Positions 35,906 through 43,753 of a stretch of DNA of 64,000 nucleotides are shown piece after piece. Position numbers and translations under genes: made by a program. The first letter of the stretch is position 1; every line of letters begins with the position of its first letter. Location: positions 232,551-296,550 of IMG/VR virus record IMGVR_UViG_3300032046_000001; one strand, written 5' to 3'. Source of the stretch: a virus. Under the pieces are notes generated by a model that saw only the letters and a list, made by a program, of their open reading frames with translations, made no database searches and was not told where the DNA came from.

Positions 35906-36575
35906 TGAAATCTCGATTTATTAGATTAATCACACTATCTGTTCTAATAAAAAGAGCACCTGCTTTCATCATCTCAAATAAGGCATTCTGTTTGCCTTCC
36001 TCAGTGATATGATATATACAATCATCAATTACCCATACTTTCTTTCCTCGTTTAAGAAGACCAAGTACAGCAGCTAAAACACAGTACTCAGTTGCAACAC
36101 CATATACAAAGAAAGTATCAATATCGAGATATTTTAAACAAAAATCAATATTTTGATTACCACCTGGGTTCGTTTCATCCCAAAAAACATTATAGCTTTG
36201 TTTTTCAAAAGTAATTTGACATGCTGCATCTAAAAGAATTTTTAAAAGTTCTTCACTATACATATCTTCTGAATCAATATGTATTGAATACTCTGGTGTT
36301 GTTGATTCTTCAATTTTACTACAACCATTTGTATCATCTTCACAATGCATTGGAAATGGTCCACCATTTACATCAAGTTCTATTTCCGCTTCTTTATGTG
36401 CGGTATCTCCAAAATGTCTATCACCACAACCAAGTATTTTAATATTATTTTCATAACCATATTTTGTTAATTTAGAAATATTTGGAATAATTTTTTCAGA
36501 ATCTTTTATATATAATTTACCATTCTTGGTCATAAAATCAACTAACGTATCTACATCAAAAAAAGCGCATTTCAT
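35898..36575 (-). CDS. pncA: nicotinamidase (isochorismatase-family cysteine hydrolase)
   Basis: FFDVDTLVDF (catalytic Asp region). PMHCEDDTNGCS (metal-binding HC..T.G). YGVATEYCV (catalytic Cys signature). VIDDCI. Confidence 0.7.
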   Translation of the reverse strand: MKCAFFDVDTLVDFMTKNGKLYIKDSEKIIPNISKLTKYGYENNIKILGCGDRHFGDTAHKEAEIELDVNGGPFPMHCEDDTNGCSKIEESTTPEYSIHIDSEDMYSEELLKILLDAACQITFEKQSYNVFWDETNPGGNQNIDFCLKYLDIDTFFVYGVATEYCVLAAVLGLLKRGKKVWVIDDCIYHITEEGKQNALFEMMKAGALFIRTDSVINLINRDFNG

Positions 36576-36850
36576 TTCTTTAGTTCCTCCAACTGTAATT
36601 TGATTCTTTCCCTGAGTTCACTTAAATATTCACCAGGATTCCAACCAAAACCTTCAGTGATAAAACTAACATCACTGTCACTCATTCCAATACCTTGGGG
36701 TCTGTGTAATATTTCAACTAATCTGGTATATTTAGATTTATTTTTCACAAATTTCTTAATCAATAAATCAATATCATCATCGAGCAGGACTCGATCCCTA
36801 AGTCTCAGAATCAAGTCCTGCATCTTCTCGAATTTGTTTGTGGTTTTCAT
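36572..36850 (-). CDS. hypothetical small protein (92 aa)
   Basis: ORF with ATGA overlap. Confidence 0.4.
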   Translation of the reverse strand: MKTTNKFEKMQDLILRLRDRVLLDDDIDLLIKKFVKNKSKYTRLVEILHRPQGIGMSDSDVSFITEGFGWNPGEYLSELRERIKLQLEELKK

Positions 36851-36857
36851 CCCATTC

Positions 36858-37040
36858 CTATGTTGTTAATAAAATATCAATAATTTTATTATTGAGTTTT
36901 TTACTCCAGATTACATCAGCAATAAATTCATTATAAGTCCAGCCATTTTTTACCAATTCACTGTTAATTTCCTCATGATTCAAATTAGGTAACTTAGACT
37001 CCAGTAATTTCATCAATTCTTTAAAACCGATCTTCTCCAT
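36858..37040 (-). CDS. hypothetical small protein (60 aa)
   Basis: ORF. Confidence 0.35.
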   Translation of the reverse strand: MEKIGFKELMKLLESKLPNLNHEEINSELVKNGWTYNEFIADVIWSKKLNNKIIDILLTT

Positions 37041-37070
37041 TTTAACATCCTTTCCTGTAGGCGATTTAAT

Positions 37071-38252
37071 TTAGGCGATCATTTCTTCTGTTATATCATA
37101 GTCCTTTTCAGTGTCATCTCTTTCAACTTCAAATTGAAAATCAACCATTAAAGACTCAATAACAGATTTTAATCCTCTCGCTCCAATCCCCTTTCTGTCA
37201 GCGATTTCGGCAATTCTTCTTATAGCATTGTCAGTAAAATTTAAATTAATATTATCAATTTCTAATAATCTCTGATATTGTTTGATTATTGAATCAACTG
37301 GGTCTGTTAAAATACGAGCTAATTCATCAATGGATAATCTATTAAGTACCGACACTATTGGAATTCGGCCAACTAATTCAGGTATTAAACCATACTGAAT
37401 AAGATCATCTTGTTCTAAATAATTTAATAAATCGATATCGCGTTCAGCTTTAGACATCTTTGTATTAAAACCAATATTATTTTTACATAGACGAGCTGAA
37501 ACAATATCAGAAAGACCATTAAAGGCACCACCAAATACAAATAATATATTTGATGTATCCATTAACAATCGATCTCCATGTGGGTGTTTTCTTGCACCTG
37601 TTGGTTGAATATTCATTACTGAACCTTCAATCATTTTTAACAAACCAAACTGAACACCTTCACCTGATACGTCTCGTGTTATCGATGTACTTGCTGAACT
37701 CTTCTTGGCTTTTTTATCAATCTCATCAATAAAAATAATTCCCTTAGATGCTCGTTCAACATCAAAATCACAAGCGAGTAATAACATTTGAATCATTGAT
37801 TCAATATTATCACCCACATAACCTTCTTCGGTTAATGTTGTTGCATCAGCAATAATAAATGGAACTCTCAATATTTTTGATAATGTCTGTGCAAAAAGTG
37901 TCTTTCCAGATCCAGATGGACCTATTAAAAGAATATTACTTTTTTGGACATTAAGGTTACATAGAATCTTTAACATATGATTATAGACACCAACAGAAAT
38001 TATTTTTTTAGTTTTTTCTTGACCAATAATATATTGATCTAAAATAATTTTAATCTCTTTTGGTGTCATGATTTTTTGTTTTTTAGGCTTTGAATTTTTA
38101 ATTTGATCAACTTTAAGATCCGAATTAATATTTTCAGCCGTTAATGCCAATCTTGCTGTATCAATACAAGAATCACAGATACAAATATTCGGATCGCTCG
38201 ATTCAATTATTAATTTATAATCTGTACTATGACAGAAGCTACATTCTCTCAT
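37071..38252 (-). CDS. clpX: ClpX-like AAA+ unfoldase
   Basis: N-terminal C4 zinc finger CSFCHS...CICDSC. Walker A GPSGSGKT. EGYVGDNIES. IIFIDEIDK. Pore loop RDVSGEGVQFGLLKMIEG. Confidence 0.85.
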   Translation of the reverse strand: MRECSFCHSTDYKLIIESSDPNICICDSCIDTARLALTAENINSDLKVDQIKNSKPKKQKIMTPKEIKIILDQYIIGQEKTKKIISVGVYNHMLKILCNLNVQKSNILLIGPSGSGKTLFAQTLSKILRVPFIIADATTLTEEGYVGDNIESMIQMLLLACDFDVERASKGIIFIDEIDKKAKKSSASTSITRDVSGEGVQFGLLKMIEGSVMNIQPTGARKHPHGDRLLMDTSNILFVFGGAFNGLSDIVSARLCKNNIGFNTKMSKAERDIDLLNYLEQDDLIQYGLIPELVGRIPIVSVLNRLSIDELARILTDPVDSIIKQYQRLLEIDNINLNFTDNAIRRIAEIADRKGIGARGLKSVIESLMVDFQFEVERDDTEKDYDITEEMIA

Positions 38253-38920
38253 TCTTCGTAATCATCCTCAATTTCATCATATATCATATTTTCTTCTTCA
38301 AATAAATTATCACTAACAATACAATTTACTGGTGAAAGACAGTTTCTATCTCTCATTAATTCATATGGTCTTCCATTTGTTAAATATTGAAGATATCTAC
38401 ACCAAGTTTTATATTTATCCAATCCAAAAATTGAATTTGAATATTTCTTCTTAAACTCATCACTCACATCTCCAACACAACATGGCATTATAATTAGAAA
38501 TGGTGATTTTGAATTTTTATATATTTCTATAATTCTAATTGCCAAATTCTTACAAGGATGTGATGCCATGATTATCGTATTTTCGTCAATCAAGTCTATT
38601 ATATCATCATCATAAATATTTTTTTCAATATACTCAAATCGTCTGATTCTCGCATATTTTCTTCTAACTATACGTTTATCAATCGCAACAGCTTTTGACA
38701 CGGGTAATGAAAAAAGAGAAAGTACGCTGGAAATTGGATTTCCAGCGCACAATTCTACAATGTTATATTTCATTGGATTATCTAAAGTAAGTTTTCGAAT
38801 TTTTTCCCGTAAAGTCATCGCTTCAGATATCTCTTTACAATATCCACTACCAATAGGTGATAACAATCCTAATACATCAGAAGAACAACGTAACCTCAAA
38901 AACATTTCAACATATTTCAT
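38249..38920 (-). CDS. hypothetical protein, possible SAM-dependent methyltransferase
   Basis: IVELCAGNPISS (motif-I-like). SHPC and PCC segments. Weak call. Confidence 0.4.
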   Translation of the reverse strand: MKYVEMFLRLRCSSDVLGLLSPIGSGYCKEISEAMTLREKIRKLTLDNPMKYNIVELCAGNPISSVLSLFSLPVSKAVAIDKRIVRRKYARIRRFEYIEKNIYDDDIIDLIDENTIIMASHPCKNLAIRIIEIYKNSKSPFLIIMPCCVGDVSDEFKKKYSNSIFGLDKYKTWCRYLQYLTNGRPYELMRDRNCLSPVNCIVSDNLFEEENMIYDEIEDDYEE

Positions 38921-38934
38921 TTTCTTTATTCTCC

Positions 38935-39510
38935 TTAATATATTTTCATCATACTCTTAATTATTTCACTGTCATTCTTACTGGAAACAATAGTTGAAAT
39001 ATCATTTGTTCCAAATTTTTTAATTCGAATTGCCCATTCATCGATATCTGAAAATATGTCTAAATATTTATGAGTTTCATTAACTCTATCTTCAAGCGTT
39101 TGGTTTGGAATCTTATTTATATTTAAATAATCTATTAATAGACTGATTAAAAATTCAAAATTAAAATTTTGATTTTTTGATCTAACAATCAATTCATGAT
39201 AAAAACCATCAGCATAAATCGACATTCCTCTATACATCTTAAATTCGTCATCGATATGAAAATTGAAAAAACAATTGTGATAATTGTCTTTATACTTGTA
39301 ACTGAAATTAATTTTCAAATAAAAATTTTTTAAATTTATTTTTTCAATTAGATCATCTGGAATAACAACAACACTTAATATTTGTCTTAACTCATTAAGA
39401 TCTACTTTAGTTTCACTTAAAAATGAAACCATTGCTATTGATCCATAATTGTGATGATTATCAATAAATAATATAGACTGTTTAAATTGCTCAATTCCAA
39501 AATATGTCAT
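38935..39510 (-). CDS. hypothetical protein (191 aa)
   Basis: ORF. Confidence 0.45.
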   Translation of the reverse strand: MTYFGIEQFKQSILFIDNHHNYGSIAMVSFLSETKVDLNELRQILSVVVIPDDLIEKINLKNFYLKINFSYKYKDNYHNCFFNFHIDDEFKMYRGMSIYADGFYHELIVRSKNQNFNFEFLISLLIDYLNINKIPNQTLEDRVNETHKYLDIFSDIDEWAIRIKKFGTNDISTIVSSKNDSEIIKSMMKIY

Positions 39511-42500
39511 TAATCTCCTTTATCGATTCCGATAACTGTTAGATATGAATTTAATAATCGTACAGATTCACTTATCATATCATTCTCTTTATAAATTTCA
39601 TTCCGTAATTTATTTCCAGAATCGATTTGATCAAACATCCATTTATTCTTAGCCTCAATTGAATCAGACTTGGTTGTCATTGATTCATTCAAATTATGAA
39701 CAGAATCATGAGCAATCATACAACTAACTTCCATTTCACCAAGTCTTTGACCACCATTATTTCTTTTACCACCAGTTGGTTGTAGTGTTTTCTTAGTATA
39801 TGTTCCAATTCCTCTCGCTGATAATTTATCTTCAGCTATATGAATCATTCGAAAGAAATACAAATACCCTACAGCTAAATCATTTACAAGCGTATCACCG
39901 GCAACTGGATCATATATTGGATATTTAAATCGAGTGTTTGTATATTTCAACGCTTTTTTACATTGCTTTATATTTATCGATTCAAATGGTGGTTGAATCA
40001 AAGAAAGATCATCAATAAATTTTTCATCAATCTTGACCATTTTTAATTGATTTTTAAACTGGTTAAAATACCAGTTATCTTTTGTATTATCAATAATTTT
40101 AATATATTTTAATAAATATTTTTTAATGGTTGATTGTGATAAGATACCCTCCTTCAATTCTTGATATTTGAGTTTTTCTTCTTCAGATTCAAGTGAATCA
40201 ATCATTTGTAATAATTCATTATCTTTTTTAATCAAACTTCGCATGTTATTTTTCAGATCCATTAATGACATTGCCAAATGAAGTTCAAATAACTGTCCGA
40301 TGTTCATTCGACTTATTATTCCTAATGGATTGATGATAATATCTAATGGTCTACCATCAGGTAATTTCGGCATATCTTCAGTTTTGACAATCTTTGAAAT
40401 AACACCTTTATTGCCGTGTCTATTTCCTATTTTATCGCCAACTTCGATTTTCCGAATATAATATCCTGTTAGATGAACAAAAATACCATCAAACTTCTCA
40501 CCTTTAATTTTATACTTACCCTCAGATAAAAAGTTGTTTAAATTATTTTTAGCGAATTTATTATATTCACTTTTGGGTAAATATTTTCCCAAGATTTTAC
40601 TTATTTTTTTCTCTTTTATTTTTTGATCAATAATTTTTTGTTCAATCCAATCTTGAAATTCTTGAGGTACATTCTTAGTTGGATAATCATTGACATAAAT
40701 ATTACTTTCGAGAATACACATCTTTTTGGGAGATATTAAATTTTCATCTTCTTCAAATAACACACTGAAGTCATTGTTTTGTTGTACTTTTCGTAACATT
40801 GCATATGGTTGACCAGTATTAATCCACTCCCCAGGTTCAGGTAATGGTTTATATTCCATAGTCCTCGCACGTTCACCATATTCGTCATACTCTTCAGGTT
40901 GTGGCTTACATGTATTCAAATTTGAAAGTATTTTATTTGATGGGATAAAGAATGAGAGATCTCGATAATGAATAGAAGATAAGATTCGTTCATCGACTAA
41001 TCTTTCGGATATCACTATACCATCTTCATAATTATAACCATAGTATATACCAATACCTGTTAATAAATTTCTACCAATACTAATATTACGATCCTTTGTA
41101 AATAATGATTCAACTAAAATATCACCTTGACGAAATCGTTCTCCCTCTTTGAAGTTCGTTTCCATCATGTCCATATTATCAGTATAAATTTTCTTGTAAC
41201 CAGTTTGAATTAATTCGATTTCATCATCATCATACTTGACAATAATAAATCCCTCATCATCGTCATGATATAATACAATTCCATCTTTTTTGGCCATCTT
41301 AAGAAAGTTTGTATATTGCGTATATAAACTCTCACATCCACTTTGAATCAATGGTTTTTCTGGTTTTCTTAAAAGGATAGCTTGTCTCATTTGAGACGAG
41401 GCCATTTGTAATCTTGTTTGGTCGTCATGCTCTAAAAAAGGCACCATAGCAACTGGAATTGATATGGGACTTTTAGATTGAATCTCGCTTGTGAATTTCA
41501 TATTATGATCTAATTTTGAAGTTGGTAGAATATTTCCGACAATTCCACAATTATCTCTATCTGGTGTATCAACAACACAAATTCGTCCGAACATTGAATC
41601 ATTGATATCACGAATATTTTCTGGAACACTCTTTCTTTCGAAACCATTCGGACCCAATAATGATATTCTTGATAATTCAGTCAATGAATCAATAGGATTT
41701 ATTGAAAAATCAAATTGAATAATTTCCGATACATTACAGTTCTGTAATATTTCGGATGAATTGATATTAAATTTTGGTTTTGAATTTTTAGTTATAATAC
41801 ATAGATTGAATATTGCTTTTGCCACATAACTAAAAATTAAATATTCAAAACATCTAATTCGTTTATTTTCATAATTTAAAAAATCAAAAGGTCCATTTTG
41901 TATAGCATCAATAAAATCTTCTATAACAGAACCAGTTTTAAGAAATCTGGCTGTTATAACATCAATTTTTGGTATAAGATCTAATCCATATAATATTTCT
42001 TCACCTTTAAGTTTGGCATTATACTTAGTAAAAGTTTCACCCAACATCTTGGTATATTCGTCTTTGGTCTTATTCATATTATAATATAAATAGACTTGTT
42101 TAATTAATCGATTATAAAATGTGTCTTCTAAACCTTCAACGTTTTCCTGACTTAAATTAAATCGTGAATTTAATACTTCTGGACCATAATAGGCCAATAA
42201 TAATAATGCGAAAGGTAGTTTTTTATTAAGAAAGGTAAATATGATCGTTTTCTTTTCATAAAGTATTATAGTCTGGACATTTGATTTAAACTTAATTATA
42301 AAACTATCATCTGATTTTTTATTCAATTTTGTTATTATTGGAAAATCGGTAATTTGAAAATGAGGAATCTTTCTTTTACCATTGATAAAAATATAATTAT
42401 CGTCAATGAGTTCTGGAATGTTAATACTTAGATCAACTTTTGCCTCATCTTTTGATAAGATAATATTTAAATTTTTCTTAAACGTTTTCTGTAACTCTTC

Positions 42501-42671
42501 CCCTTGAGATCGACAATCGTTTATTTCAAACTTCTCAATTTTATATCCAATTTCTTTGACTGGTTGTAATGCCTCAAATATTTGTCCTTCAAGTTTTTCA
42601 TATTCACGTTTTCTTAAAGTAAAAATATTATCAACATCATCAATTTTTAGATTCGGATTTTCTATAATCAT
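39510..42671 (-). CDS. rpoB: DNA-directed RNA polymerase beta subunit, compact bacterial type (1053 aa)
   Basis: GDKIGNRHGNKGVISKI...LDIIINPLGIISRMNIGQLFELHL. C-terminal GGQRLGEMEVSCMIAHD. Fork and clamp segments recognisable. Confidence 0.9.
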   Translation of the reverse strand: MIIENPNLKIDDVDNIFTLRKREYEKLEGQIFEALQPVKEIGYKIEKFEINDCRSQGEELQKTFKKNLNIILSKDEAKVDLSINIPELIDDNYIFINGKRKIPHFQITDFPIITKLNKKSDDSFIIKFKSNVQTIILYEKKTIIFTFLNKKLPFALLLLAYYGPEVLNSRFNLSQENVEGLEDTFYNRLIKQVYLYYNMNKTKDEYTKMLGETFTKYNAKLKGEEILYGLDLIPKIDVITARFLKTGSVIEDFIDAIQNGPFDFLNYENKRIRCFEYLIFSYVAKAIFNLCIITKNSKPKFNINSSEILQNCNVSEIIQFDFSINPIDSLTELSRISLLGPNGFERKSVPENIRDINDSMFGRICVVDTPDRDNCGIVGNILPTSKLDHNMKFTSEIQSKSPISIPVAMVPFLEHDDQTRLQMASSQMRQAILLRKPEKPLIQSGCESLYTQYTNFLKMAKKDGIVLYHDDDEGFIIVKYDDDEIELIQTGYKKIYTDNMDMMETNFKEGERFRQGDILVESLFTKDRNISIGRNLLTGIGIYYGYNYEDGIVISERLVDERILSSIHYRDLSFFIPSNKILSNLNTCKPQPEEYDEYGERARTMEYKPLPEPGEWINTGQPYAMLRKVQQNNDFSVLFEEDENLISPKKMCILESNIYVNDYPTKNVPQEFQDWIEQKIIDQKIKEKKISKILGKYLPKSEYNKFAKNNLNNFLSEGKYKIKGEKFDGIFVHLTGYYIRKIEVGDKIGNRHGNKGVISKIVKTEDMPKLPDGRPLDIIINPLGIISRMNIGQLFELHLAMSLMDLKNNMRSLIKKDNELLQMIDSLESEEEKLKYQELKEGILSQSTIKKYLLKYIKIIDNTKDNWYFNQFKNQLKMVKIDEKFIDDLSLIQPPFESINIKQCKKALKYTNTRFKYPIYDPVAGDTLVNDLAVGYLYFFRMIHIAEDKLSARGIGTYTKKTLQPTGGKRNNGGQRLGEMEVSCMIAHDSVHNLNESMTTKSDSIEAKNKWMFDQIDSGNKLRNEIYKENDMISESVRLLNSYLTVIGIDKGD

Positions 42672-42934
42672 TTGTCACTTTCATTTTGTTCTGATTTTTC
42701 GGATGAATTAAATATCAATATACTCTCCCAATTTATCCTGTCTTCTGTACAGAATTCTTCGTCGAACTTTGATGAGAAATTATCAATTATATTATTATAT
42801 GCGATATTGAATTCATTATTTTTTCTTTTTTAAAACATCTTTTAATTTCAGATTTTTTAAATTATCTAATTTATTAATGTGATAATAGACTATATTATTA
42901 TTAATATAGTCTTCAATTTGTCTTGTTAATTCAT

Positions 42935-43737
42935 TCATATAATAACTTTAAAATAATCATCAACTGTTTTAAAATATTCGTGATTGAGTTCTATTCCGAT
43001 TCCATGACGATTTAACTTCGCAGCAACTTTTAACGTTGTACCACTTCCCATAAACGGATCTAAAATATTATCATTGGGTTGTGTAAAAAGTTTTATAAAC
43101 CATTCAGGAATCCATATTGGAAACACAGCACTATGATTTTTATTATTACATTCAGTAGCACCATATAAGACATTAGTTGGATAAACCATATCTCTTTTGA
43201 TCCAATTAGAGACGTTTTTTCCAAAACCACTTCCAACTTTCGATTGATCTCTAATTTTATCCGTTTCACTTAAATTTTTTAATCTTGATTGTGACCAATC
43301 ACCAATTGGAATCATTACATTATCTTGAAACATGTTGAATTTTTTATCTTTATTGAATTGATAAAGATGTTCCCATGAATCACGAAATCTATTTGGCCAT
43401 TTTCCAGGAAAACAGTTCTTTTTATGCCAGATGAATTCCTCAGTCCATAACCATCCCTGTTTTCTCATAGCCAAAACAAGTTCTATTACATATGTATGTC
43501 TTTCTCCTCCAACTGCACACTCTTTTATATTTAAAATAAACGTACCTGTCGGTTTCAAGACTCTTAAAAGTTCTTGTGATATTGGAATAAACCATTCTAT
43601 ATATTTATCTGGATGTACACCACCGTATGTATTTTTCTCTGATTCGCATATGGTGGAGATGTTAATATTAAGTCTATTGAATTACTATCTATTTCTTTTA
43701 ATTTATCTGAACAATCACCAAGTAATAAACGTATCAA
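42935..43737 (-). pseudogene. N4/N6 DNA methyltransferase (beta-class order: SPPY then FxGxG) interrupted by a frameshift at an A5 (T5 on +) run
   Basis: Upstream frame: (TTG)IRLLLGDCSDKLKEIDSNSIDLILTSPPYANQRK... ends with a stop at 43597. Downstream frame: ...NTYGGVHPDKYIEWFIPISQELLRVLKPTGTF...DPFMGSGTT. Adding one A at 43632-43636 joins the two frames. Confidence 0.55.
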
Positions 43738-43753
43738 AACTTTTACACCTCAA

